DNA of 51,816 nt from a virus (lineage: Duplodnaviria > Caudoviricetes). Shown piece by piece: positions 26,835 to 36,900 of this stretch (position 1 is the first letter of the stretch; each line of letters opens with the position of its first letter). The notes beneath the pieces were generated by a model. That model searched no databases. It was not told the origin of the DNA and saw only the letters and a list, made by a program, of their open reading frames with translations. The position numbers and the translations under genes were made by a program. The stretch is from IMG/VR virus record IMGVR_UViG_3300027908_000080, positions 1 to 51,816 of that record; one strand, written 5' to 3'.

Positions 26835-27177
26835 CAAGAACAACCAGATAAAATATGGTAATAGTTAAGGTAATATTTGAAAGAGAGCCTAATAATTTAT
26901 GGCAAGTTAGATTCGCCTACAATACTCGTCAAAAAATTGACAGAGCAATTAGAAACTATTTAGAAGAACTTAAAGTATTTTATCCTTTAGCCAAAATAAA
27001 AGAACACCATGAAACCAAATAAAACACATACATGCTTTATAGAGCATAAAATAATTAATGACAAACCATTCTTAGAATTAACTTTATCTGACGAGAATGG
27101 AGATGTAGATAGGTCAACATTTAGACCAACTGAAAATCAAACTTTATGGAAAGTTATATTGGAGTGGTTATACAATT

Positions 27178-27507
27178 ATGAACGTTAAAGCACTACTTTC
27201 CTACCATAACTCTATGTCAACTCGTGCTAGAAATATAATGCGAGTTAAAAATAGAGACTATGCTGGTGCGACTGGTGAAACTCCATTTGCTAATTTTCAA
27301 TTAAATGAGCTGGCCAAGATTTCAACCACAGAGAAAGGCATTCTAACAAGGATGCTAGATAAGATTATGAGACTATCTACCTATGCGAATAGTGGTAAAC
27401 TTCTAGTTAAGAATGAAGGAACAGAGGATGCTTGTTTAGATATTATTAATTATGCAGTATTACTTTCAGCCTACATTAAATTCCAAAAGAAAGAACAACA
27501 TAAATGA
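27178..27507 (+). CDS. DUF1599-like (MazG-fold, nucleotide-modification-associated) protein
   Basis: KNRDYAG, PFANF, RMLDKIMRL, EDACLDIINYAVLL. Confidence 0.75.
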   Translation: MNVKALLSYHNSMSTRARNIMRVKNRDYAGATGETPFANFQLNELAKISTTEKGILTRMLDKIMRLSTYANSGKLLVKNEGTEDACLDIINYAVLLSAYIKFQKKEQHK

Positions 27508-28355
27508 GTATTTATACACCACCTAATTGCACAACTTTAGCAGCATCAAAATATAAACAGCAATTACGATTAGGGATTCAAGGATTTCCTAAAACAGGTA
27601 AGACATGGTCTGCTTTGACTTTCCCCAATCCTATTGTTATAAATATGGACAGAGGTTTAGCTGCCCATGAGGGTCGCTCAGATGTTATTGAGATACCATT
27701 TTACAAAACAGAATTTTGTGGAAATAGATTTGAAGTAAAAGATAAACTAGTTAAATGGTTAGAAAAAGAAGCTTCCAATTTAACAGAAGAACAAACATTA
27801 ATATTTGATGGTTTCTCATCTCTTGAAATTGCTTACCATATATGGTTTTCAGTTAATCAACACAACTTCTTAACCAAGCAGGGTAAGGTAGATGATTTTG
27901 CAGAGTATCAAGTAAAGAAAAAATATTTTGCTGAGTTGCATGAGATATTTAAATCTCTCAAATGTGACTTGATAGCAATAACTCATGAGTCAGAGAGAGC
28001 TGATAAACCTACCCCAGGACAACCAAGTTCATATAATGGAAAAATTAGACCACTTCTTACTGGTGCTTATGGGGATATGATAGTAAAAGATTATAGTGAT
28101 TGGTATAGACAGCACTCTGCTGATAAACCTAAAGATTTTAGTAATATAACACCTGATACTTTGTTTAATTGGGGATGTAAAACTTTAGAAGAATTTAAAC
28201 TCTTGATATCTCAGTTTGAAACAAATACTGTTTATTTTTGGCAGACAGCTGGTGATGATAAATTTGATGGTGGAACATCACTTATCAACTGTCCTAGATT
28301 TCTACCAGCAAACTATCAATCGTTCACAAAATACCAAAGACAGAATAAAATATGA
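27504..28355 (+). CDS. AAA_24 / Sak4-like ATPase (single-strand annealing)
   Basis: GFPKTGKT, INMDRG, LIFDGFS, ITHE. Confidence 0.8.
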   Translation: MSIYTPPNCTTLAASKYKQQLRLGIQGFPKTGKTWSALTFPNPIVINMDRGLAAHEGRSDVIEIPFYKTEFCGNRFEVKDKLVKWLEKEASNLTEEQTLIFDGFSSLEIAYHIWFSVNQHNFLTKQGKVDDFAEYQVKKKYFAELHEIFKSLKCDLIAITHESERADKPTPGQPSSYNGKIRPLLTGAYGDMIVKDYSDWYRQHSADKPKDFSNITPDTLFNWGCKTLEEFKLLISQFETNTVYFWQTAGDDKFDGGTSLINCPRFLPANYQSFTKYQRQNKI

Positions 28356-28607
28356 ATATACAAATAACTCAAATATCAAATGGCTTTTTAGTTGCCATAG
28401 CTAAATCTCCAACCGAACAAATGGCAATATATGTTGAAACATTTCCACAAGTATTAGACCAGCTTAGAGAAATATCAACTCCACCAGAGAATGTAGCCAA
28501 GTTGCCAACTGATAGAAAATAATTTCTCTCATACTAATTGAGATTAACGCCTGAGAAGTCGTAACCTTCTCACAATAGCTAGCATCTTACTGCTTACACA
28601 TAAACAT

Positions 28608-29150
28608 ATGTCAAGAAAAATAGGAACAGATATAGCAATTCCTCAAGACTCGTCATACATTATTCGTTGTATTGATGAAACTTTTGGACCATCTAAGTCA
28701 AGTGGTAAGCCAATGATAACTCTTAAGTTTGAGGTTGTCTCTCCTGAGGAAGTAGAAGTAGCAGGAGAAATGATTAGTATTGCGGGGGCACAACCAACAC
28801 CTAACTACTATGTTACTCAATCTATAGACGAGAACGGAGCAGTAGATGTTGTGAAGTCTGCTGAAATACTTAAGCGTTTGAAGGCAGTTTACAAAGCATT
28901 TGGGTTGCCAGATGCAGACATTAATCCTGAAAATCCTGCCCTAGGATTCAAAGGAAAGACTGTTTACGCATTACTATACCCAGATAAACAAGAACGACGT
29001 AAATCTCCAACTGCTGCACAATTAGCAGCAGGACAGAAGCAAGGAGATGTTATGATTAATCCTGTGACTAAACAACCATTAACTTCTTATTATATTAAAG
29101 TTGGAGAAATCTTTGGTCTTGCTACGACTGATGGTAATAAACCTTATTAA
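28608..29150 (+). CDS. Putative ssDNA-binding protein (DUF669-like)
   Basis: SKSSGKPMITLKFEV motif; follows the Sak4-like ATPase. Confidence 0.6.
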   Translation: MSRKIGTDIAIPQDSSYIIRCIDETFGPSKSSGKPMITLKFEVVSPEEVEVAGEMISIAGAQPTPNYYVTQSIDENGAVDVVKSAEILKRLKAVYKAFGLPDADINPENPALGFKGKTVYALLYPDKQERRKSPTAAQLAAGQKQGDVMINPVTKQPLTSYYIKVGEIFGLATTDGNKPY

Positions 29151-29188
29151 TCAATGACTCCCAGTCCCGCGGGCTACAAGAATAAATT

Positions 29189-29413
29189 GTGGGACGCTTA
29201 TTAATTATGGATACTTTTGACGGACTTATAATTATGGTACTCATTACCGGACTGACATTCCTAACAATAGGAGCTACAGTTTCTTATGAACATACACAAA
29301 TAGTTAAGCACGGGTTTGCTCACTGGGTAGTTGAAACTAATGGTGATACTAGATTTGAATGGGATACTGAGGACTATTATTTAAATCATTTGACTAATGA
29401 TAATGCGCAGTAA
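29189..29413 (+). CDS. Small membrane protein
   Basis: One hydrophobic helix followed by G.AHW....G...FEW. Confidence 0.5.
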   Translation: MGRLLIMDTFDGLIIMVLITGLTFLTIGATVSYEHTQIVKHGFAHWVVETNGDTRFEWDTEDYYLNHLTNDNAQ

Positions 29414-31010
29414 ACCAAAATTTTCTTATTGTGGACTCTCTATAGTCTTAAGTAACCCATCACGTTTTGATAAATTAAGACTTCTTAGTGCGAATGGTGG
29501 TCAAATGTTTGATAATTTTTGTTTGCGCCCAGAAATAAATTCATTAATGTGCGACGTTCGATTAGCTGAAGATAACTCACCATTTTTACCTGATACTAAA
29601 TGTATCTTACTACTTGGCCAACGAGCAATGGAAAAATATTTACCAGAAACTTTTGGTTCACAACTATCTAATATACGAGGGGGATTATATGAATATAAAG
29701 GCATACCAACTATCTGTTCTTTCTTACCACAGGACGCTGCTGATTACAAGAATTATGAGGCGTCTCTTAATCCTTTGTCCTCGGATTATACTCCTGACTC
29801 TGAAATATCAGATGGAGATGAGGAAGATGAGGGTGATGTTAAAGCGTTTGGAAGAACAAAGAGAAGCAACTATGCGTTTTGGCTTAGGGCAGATGTTAGG
29901 AAGTGTAAGTCCATGCTTTCTGGACGGATGGAGTCACTACAACATATTCCCAATTATAAAGTATATCCATCTAGTGAGGAAGCAATAGATACATTAACTA
30001 ATACCAAGAATGAATTTTTATACTTTGATATTGAGAGCGATAGGGAAGAACAGAATCTTCAATGCTTCTCTTTTGCTTTTGGAGATAAAGAATTGAAACT
30101 ATGGTCACCAATTTATGCTGTTCCAATACTAGATTGGAATTATAAGGTGGCATATTCATCGTTCCATCTTATACTGCGCGCTTTGTCTATTGCGATTCGT
30201 GACAATATTACTGTTGCTCACAATGGTTCTAACTTCGATTTCTTTGTCCTATCACATAAATACAAAATACCAATCGCGCGAACATATGATACGATGATAG
30301 CAATGCATAGATGCTTCCCTGATATTGAGAAGTCTCTCGGGCATTGTGTTAGCTATTGGACGAATGAAAAATTCCACAAAGATGAAGATTCAGTAGCCTA
30401 TAGAACCCATAACCAAATGATGGATAGATTAAAGTATAATATGAAAGATGTCTACACTATGTATCTAGTCCATCAAGCCATAACTAAATATGCACGAACT
30501 ATTCCAGGTCTTGAAGATAGTATTAGAGATGCTATGCGTTGTATCAACCCTTATCTTACTAGCACTTTGCAAGGCATCAAAGTAGATGAGAAGAAGGTAG
30601 AATTAATGGTGAATGAGAATGATAGATTGATGTTTCAGTATAACCGAATGATAGAACTCTTGATAGGTGAAGAAGGAATGAAGAATTGTAGAGCAGAAAT
30701 TAAAGGAAAGGCTAAGTTAATAGCAGGTTCTAACACTCAATGTTGCGAATACTTCCATGAACTAATGAATTATCCAGTAGTTGCACGTTCTTCTAAAACA
30801 CAGAAGCCATCCTTAGGAAAGAAAGCATTATACAAACTTGCTCTTAAACACGAGAATCCAGTAATAACACTTATATGTGCATATAGAGCCACACAAAAAG
30901 AAACTTCAAGACTTAGATTTATACCATGGATTAATACATCAAATGAAGATACTAATAAAATACAATTTAATGGAATTAGACCCAACGCAGAGTGCCTTAT
31001 TACCTCCTAA
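29397..31010 (+). CDS. polA: DNA polymerase A, N-terminal part: degenerate UDG-like domain, 3'-5' exonuclease and thumb
   Basis: ILLLGQRA..IRG..PTICSFLPQ (UDG-like), YFDIES, AHNGSNFD, YDTM, YNMKD, QGIKVD, AYR. Confidence 0.8.
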   Translation: MIMRSKPKFSYCGLSIVLSNPSRFDKLRLLSANGGQMFDNFCLRPEINSLMCDVRLAEDNSPFLPDTKCILLLGQRAMEKYLPETFGSQLSNIRGGLYEYKGIPTICSFLPQDAADYKNYEASLNPLSSDYTPDSEISDGDEEDEGDVKAFGRTKRSNYAFWLRADVRKCKSMLSGRMESLQHIPNYKVYPSSEEAIDTLTNTKNEFLYFDIESDREEQNLQCFSFAFGDKELKLWSPIYAVPILDWNYKVAYSSFHLILRALSIAIRDNITVAHNGSNFDFFVLSHKYKIPIARTYDTMIAMHRCFPDIEKSLGHCVSYWTNEKFHKDEDSVAYRTHNQMMDRLKYNMKDVYTMYLVHQAITKYARTIPGLEDSIRDAMRCINPYLTSTLQGIKVDEKKVELMVNENDRLMFQYNRMIELLIGEEGMKNCRAEIKGKAKLIAGSNTQCCEYFHELMNYPVVARSSKTQKPSLGKKALYKLALKHENPVITLICAYRATQKETSRLRFIPWINTSNEDTNKIQFNGIRPNAECLITS

Positions 31011-31149
31011 CTTTGCTGGCAAAGTTTATAAGGTTGTAAATACTTTTGTTGACCATTACGAGATAGAAGATAGAAAAGGTTTCTTTTGGAATGTTCCTTT
31101 TTATCTGGCCTCAAAACATCATCCAAGAGTTAGACATAATAGGATATGA
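30943..31149 (+). CDS. Small ORF inserted between the two polymerase halves
   Basis: 68 aa from ATG 30943, overlapping both neighbours. Confidence 0.5.
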   Translation: MKILIKYNLMELDPTQSALLPPNFAGKVYKVVNTFVDHYEIEDRKGFFWNVPFYLASKHHPRVRHNRI

Positions 31150-32207
31150 TTAGGGACTCCTCATCTTGGGTAATATCAGGAACTAAAACTTTTAGATTAG
31201 CTTCAAGAAAAGTTCTTAAAATTTATGGTGGTAATTTAGCTAATATAGAAAAATCAATGCGCGAGATATATGTTCCTGATGATGGTAAAATATTTGTCCA
31301 ATGTGATTGTGCGGGTGCAGAAGCTTTAGTAGTAGCATACCTCTGTGAGGCTGGACAGTTTAGACAGTTGTTCCTTCATGGAGTTAAGCCCCATGTATTT
31401 GTAGCACTACATATTTTTAAAGACATATGGGCTAAAAAGATGAAATCAATAGTAGGTGATATGCCATTCAATATAGATAATATTATCAAACTCCCAATAG
31501 CATCTTTAAAGTCTGCACCATTTTGGAAAGAGCTTGACTCTCTTATCAAAGATTCTGATAACTGGTCATTAGACCAACGCTATTATTATCTAGCAAAGCA
31601 AACGTGTCACAGCGCGAACTATGGAATTACTGCTCCAACATTTAGAATGAATATCCTAGAAAAATCTGGAGGAAAAATTAACATTTCTAAAGAAGATTCA
31701 GAACGATTTCTATTAACTTACCATTCATTGTTTCCTGAAATTCAAGAATGGCATCGTCGTTTGAAACAACAAGTAGACCTATCAAAGGTTCTCTATAACT
31801 TACATGGTCATCCATATACTATAACTTCATACACAATTCTTGAATCTCAGTGGAAAGAGTTAATAGCTTGGATTCCCCAAAGCACGGTAGGCATGATAAC
31901 TAATATTGCCTATGCTAACTATCAAGATGAAATTGAAGCGCGGCACTTGGATTTTGATTTACTAGTTAACTGCCATGATAGCTACCTTTTGCAGTGTCCT
32001 ATAGATGAAACCAATGAGTGTATTAAGTTGGCGAAGCAGTTTATGGAACAGGAGTTTGAGTCTCCAGTAGATGGAGTTAAATTTAGGATGAAGTCTGAAG
32101 TTCAAGTAGGTATGAACTGGCGACCTAGATATGAGAAAAATAATTTAGTTATAAATCCACTAGGATTAAAGGAGTTTAATTATGCTCATAAAGATAAGAT
32201 AGTTTGA
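31146..32207 (+). CDS. polA: DNA polymerase A, C-terminal palm/fingers part
   Basis: GTKTFRLAS, NLANI, motif A DCAGAE, motif B AKQTCHSANYG, PQS, motif C NCHDS. Confidence 0.9.
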   Translation: MIRDSSSWVISGTKTFRLASRKVLKIYGGNLANIEKSMREIYVPDDGKIFVQCDCAGAEALVVAYLCEAGQFRQLFLHGVKPHVFVALHIFKDIWAKKMKSIVGDMPFNIDNIIKLPIASLKSAPFWKELDSLIKDSDNWSLDQRYYYLAKQTCHSANYGITAPTFRMNILEKSGGKINISKEDSERFLLTYHSLFPEIQEWHRRLKQQVDLSKVLYNLHGHPYTITSYTILESQWKELIAWIPQSTVGMITNIAYANYQDEIEARHLDFDLLVNCHDSYLLQCPIDETNECIKLAKQFMEQEFESPVDGVKFRMKSEVQVGMNWRPRYEKNNLVINPLGLKEFNYAHKDKIV

Positions 32208-32210
32208 TTT

Positions 32211-33581
32211 ATGACTAACTATGAAAAATGGATGAGTTATACATCTGGATTGAGCAGTCCAGATAGTTTCCTTTCTTGGGCATGGAGATTCGTAATCTCT
32301 GCAGCACTACAACGTCGTGTAGGATTTGGAGGCAACGGAGACCTTACTTTCGGTCATGGTGTTTTGTTCCCTAATATCTATGTTATTCTAGTAGGTAAAG
32401 CAGGAGTAGGAAAAGGTGTTGCCATAGCTCCAGCAGCAGAATTATTGCGTTATCATAAGAAGAAGGACTTCACTACTGCTACTCCACAATCAACTGAACA
32501 AGAATTATTAGTCATAGAGAAAGTAAACCAAGCTAATTTAGAAGATGCCGAAGCAACAATGACTAAATTGAAGCGTGGAGGGGAGAAAATAGATGCTCCA
32601 TTATTCCCTTCTGCTCCAGATGCAGTCACTTATGAGGCATTGGTAGAAGATATGAGTAATTCATTGCGGCGGATTAATCACACAGTTATTAACGGAGAAG
32701 GCCATCCTAAGATGGCAATATACACTCATTGTTCAATGTTCTTTACTCTGCCAGAGTTGGGTTCTTTGTTTCGTAAACGAACAGACGACCTTATTAACTT
32801 CTTACTTGGTATGTATGATAGTCCTTTAGACTACGAGAAGAAAACTAAGACTAAAGGTGATGATAGAATACGCAGGGGATGTTTGTCAATACTCGCTGGA
32901 ACTACTCCAGAGTTTATGGAGACAGTATTTAATCAACAGTTGATAGACCAAGGATATTCTAGTCGTAACTTCTTTATCTATGCAGCTAGGAATAGAAAGC
33001 ATGTTATAGTTCCAGACCCTCTTACAGAAGAACAGAAAAATTACCGATTAGATTTACTTAGACACATTAAAGAATTAGCTAAGCTGTTTGGAGAAGTTAA
33101 GATTGAGCCAGCAACATTAAAATTTTTAAAAGAGTGGTGGAACTATGTTGAGGAAAATAGAAGTGAGCGTTCTAATATATCTCCTAAGCTTGAACCATAC
33201 TATGCAAGAAAGAATATACATACTATTAAGTTAGCTATGATAGAACACTTCTCCGAGTCAACTGAAATGATTATTCCTTTGCCAGCTTTTGAAAGGGCTA
33301 TAGCTATTCTTGAGAAAGAGGAAAAGAATATGCATATGGCTTTGACATTTGAATGTGATAATCCACTATCTAAATTGACTGACGAAGTAGTGGCATACCT
33401 GAAAACTAAAAAACAGGCTAATATGGTTGACCTTATGGTAGAATTTTTTAAGCAATGCCCACAAGGTAAACATAGTATGGAAGAAGTATTACAACATTTA
33501 ATAGGAGTAGGAATTGTTAAAGAAGAAGTAGTTAGTGACTTAATAGGAACAAAAACAAAACTAATGTATAAAATTGTATGA
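32211..33581 (+). CDS. DUF3987-like P-loop replicative helicase
   Basis: PNIYVILVGKAGVGKG, TYEAL, ELG, GMYD, LAGTTP, GYSSR, C-terminal winged-helix-like segment. Confidence 0.75.
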   Translation: MTNYEKWMSYTSGLSSPDSFLSWAWRFVISAALQRRVGFGGNGDLTFGHGVLFPNIYVILVGKAGVGKGVAIAPAAELLRYHKKKDFTTATPQSTEQELLVIEKVNQANLEDAEATMTKLKRGGEKIDAPLFPSAPDAVTYEALVEDMSNSLRRINHTVINGEGHPKMAIYTHCSMFFTLPELGSLFRKRTDDLINFLLGMYDSPLDYEKKTKTKGDDRIRRGCLSILAGTTPEFMETVFNQQLIDQGYSSRNFFIYAARNRKHVIVPDPLTEEQKNYRLDLLRHIKELAKLFGEVKIEPATLKFLKEWWNYVEENRSERSNISPKLEPYYARKNIHTIKLAMIEHFSESTEMIIPLPAFERAIAILEKEEKNMHMALTFECDNPLSKLTDEVVAYLKTKKQANMVDLMVEFFKQCPQGKHSMEEVLQHLIGVGIVKEEVVSDLIGTKTKLMYKIV

Positions 33582-33970
33582 CAATAGAACAACAAATGGT
33601 AAGAGAGTTTATGCTTAAAGCAGGCCAAGAGTGTCCTGTCTTTTGTTCACATGAACCGACAGAAGACATTAAAAATCTAAGATATGAATTGATAAGAGAG
33701 GAATTAGAGGAATTTGATAAAGCTCAGTGTGATTGTGATAGGATTGGAGTAGCTGATGCAATAGGAGATTTATTAGTTGTAGTGTTAGGTGCGGCAGTAT
33801 CGTATGGATTTGATATTCAGCCAATATTTGACGAGATAATGCGTTCTAATATGTCAAAATTTATTGATGGTTATAAAAGAGAGGATGGTAAATGGATGAA
33901 AGGTAAGTCATGGACACCACCCAATCTTGAACCAATTATCAAGGAACAACAGAACTCTTTGCTTCGTTAG
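33578..33970 (+). CDS. MazG-like / PRA-PH nucleoside triphosphate pyrophosphohydrolase
   Basis: LIREELEE, DAIGDLLVV, RSNMSK, REDGK..K...W.PP. Confidence 0.88.
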   Translation: MTIEQQMVREFMLKAGQECPVFCSHEPTEDIKNLRYELIREELEEFDKAQCDCDRIGVADAIGDLLVVVLGAAVSYGFDIQPIFDEIMRSNMSKFIDGYKREDGKWMKGKSWTPPNLEPIIKEQQNSLLR

Positions 33971-36900
33971 TTATCTTGTGCTTGAAATAATCTGACAACT
34001 CTGCCTGTGCAGCTTCAGAACCTTCTTCTCTTTGAAGATAACCAAGATAGCGCATGAATTGTAAAGGCATTTTTTCAAGAGAGGGAAAAGTGCTGTATTG
34101 ATTTTCTTTCAATGCCTGTAACTTACTCATCATAACGTCAGGATTGCTTCTATATGTTTGAATAGTATTCTGAATAAGTTGTGGCAACTCTTTCATAGCA
34201 GTTGGTAAGTCTTGTTCATATTTGAACTTCTTTTGTTCCAAATTCATATAAGGATTACTTCCTTCATCAATATCATTATATGGCAATCCTTCTACCATAT
34301 CGAATCGTCGTAGTTGTCCAACTTTGTCAGATAATTCTTTCTTTTCTGCTGGTAAACCAGTAATAAGTCCAGAATTAATGCCTTGATTAATAGCAATCCG
34401 TCCCATCTGAAAGTTAGTAGATAGTGTGTGCATAGCTACAACCTTAGCTAAGTCAACCCAATTAACATTTGGGTCATTGGCAATAGCTTCTGAGACGTAA
34501 TGCAGAGTAGATGCTGTGTCAGTTACTACTTCATCCAGAGGAAAAGTCGCGCCTTGTGGGTTATTTTTATATGCAAAGTCAAATGGATATTTAGCAATTT
34601 GAGATAGCAATCCTCCGAATCCTGCATACTGCATTGCTGCAATCATGTTATATCCTATCAATCCTTTATTACCTTCTAATCCTCTATCGCTACTAGCTAT
34701 CTCCTGTAGAGAAGGTATTGGTGATTTCTTTCCTTGAATATCTTGACGTAACTCTTTAATCAAGTAGCCACCAATAGTTGCTCCAAACACACCAGCTAAT
34801 AAAGGTTTAAGGTCTCCCCTTAAAGCTGGCTCATAAGTATCTTTCATAAAGTTATTAGTCTGAGCAATAGACCAATGAGCAAGAGAAAAGAATCCTGAGA
34901 ACTCAGAATCGTTTAGCATCCAAGCTGGTAATGAGCGTATATCACCTGTTCCATGAATATAGTTAGCAGAACGAGATGCTAATTGTTGCATTTCTTGTTC
35001 TGAATATTGTTTACCTCTGGCATATGTGGGGTCTAATCTTCTTATAAATAGTTGTGAAGTAATATCTCCAGCATTTGCTCGCGCGACTTTGGACGGTATG
35101 ATTACTTCTGCCATTGATTGGACTAATCCTGCACCTACTTTAGTGGTTATGTCATTGAGTGTAGATACGCGACGAATAATTCTGGCCAAAGATTGCATTC
35201 TTTCAGCGGCAGTAGATGAACCAGAAATCATTTGAGAGGCTGAGCGAGCAGTTAGTTTAACTACTCCATTTTCTACTGCGTGTTGGTAACCAGATTTTAT
35301 GTTCATTATACCATTAACTAATGCTTTAATTAAGACAGAAGGATTGGTAGTTTGAATCATTTCCTTTACAGTATTAGATACTACTTTATGAACTTCAAGT
35401 GGGGGTCCAGCTATAAAGCCAGAGGATACTAAAGATGATATAGACGACTCATTATATTCAGAAGGATTCCTTGCTTCACCTCTCCAATGATTAAGTCCAG
35501 CCTTAACTGCTGGATTATTAGCTATTGAACCTTCCTTATTTGGTGGAACTTCATTACCCCAAGCATCCTTTGTTTGTCCTAAAGAAGACAATACTTTAGG
35601 GTCTTTTTCCATAAACTCATAGTGAGAAGCATCAATAGCTGCTCTGTCGAAGTATCGTTCTAAGTTCCTAACAGGGTCAACTTCTCGAAATGAAGGTGGA
35701 AGTGGAGAACCTTGTGCCTTACGGTGAGCATTGAAGTAATCTTGGTGTGATATATCAGAGTTCTTAATTGAACCTTGTAAGGCTTTCTTAAAGTTATCAA
35801 TTCGTTCTTTAGAAGCCTGTTCATTCATTCCTAAAGTTTTAGTATTGTAGTCATGGAACTCTTTGTCCAATTTATCTATAGCTGCATGGTCAGTGTTATT
35901 TCTATAGACCTCATTAATCTTTTGATTGGCCATTCCAGGGAAATAAGTAGGGTCTTGTTTAAGATTACGCTGAACATAGATATTATTCCCTTTCTTATCA
36001 GTAATAGTTTGTGTCACAGGTTCACCTATTGCAAGGCGATATTTACCTGATTCATCGAGTTTAGCTCTTGCTAAGTTGTAGAAGGCGCGCTGAGCAGCAT
36101 TAGTAAGCATAGTAGTTGCTGGCTTACGAGTTGCCATTTCAGTATTAAAAGTATCCATCAATTTCTTACGGTCGAAAGATGATAAGTGTTCTCCAGCTTG
36201 AACAATCATATTTTTCCATTTACCTTTAAGCTCTGTCTCTTTATCAACTGCCATTTGCATATGGTCAGCTAAGTATTTGGCAGACTGTTTAGGTATATCA
36301 CGAACCTTATCTATTACTGCACGAGTAATTAGGCCGAATCGACCCATATATTTATCGGGAGGTAAGTTGAGTTCGGAAGGAGTTTTGGATTGTTCTTCTT
36401 TGGGAACTTTAACTTCTTGAGAGACTTCATCACTCTTGCCAGTTTGTTTGGGTGGGGCAGATACTTTGTCTCTTATTTGGGATGTGCCAGGATATTTCTT
36501 ATCAAGATAGTCATTGAGCCAACCCTTAAACTTTTCAAGTGCTATCTCTGGGGTTTTACTATTACCAGTAGCTGGACGAGAACCCCCATTTTTAGTTTCA
36601 TAGTAATACTTACCGTTACCATAAGTATCTTCTTTATCTTCCTTGAGAACATGTCTATTAAATTGTTCTTCATATTCAGATTGCCTAGCCTTTTGATATT
36701 CTAATCTCTTCCGCATTATATCTGGCCTCTCCTGCTTAATAAGTTCACCACTACTTCTAAGCACTCTATCAAGCATACTTCCAGCTTTCGGACTTAGTCC
36801 TAATAACTTACGAACAGCATCTACAATCTTCTGCATTACTGTTCTGCCATCTGTTGTCTTAATACCATCTAACACTCTCTGAAATTGTGGGTCTTTAAGG

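Noticed and set aside
30930-31146. Group I intron or intein in the polymerase
   Set aside because: No P7 R/S elements or intein terminal motifs seen; the gap is filled by a coupled ORF
27178-33970. Z-genome or 7-deazaguanine modification system
   Set aside because: No PurZ, DatZ, DpdA or Que-pathway motifs seen
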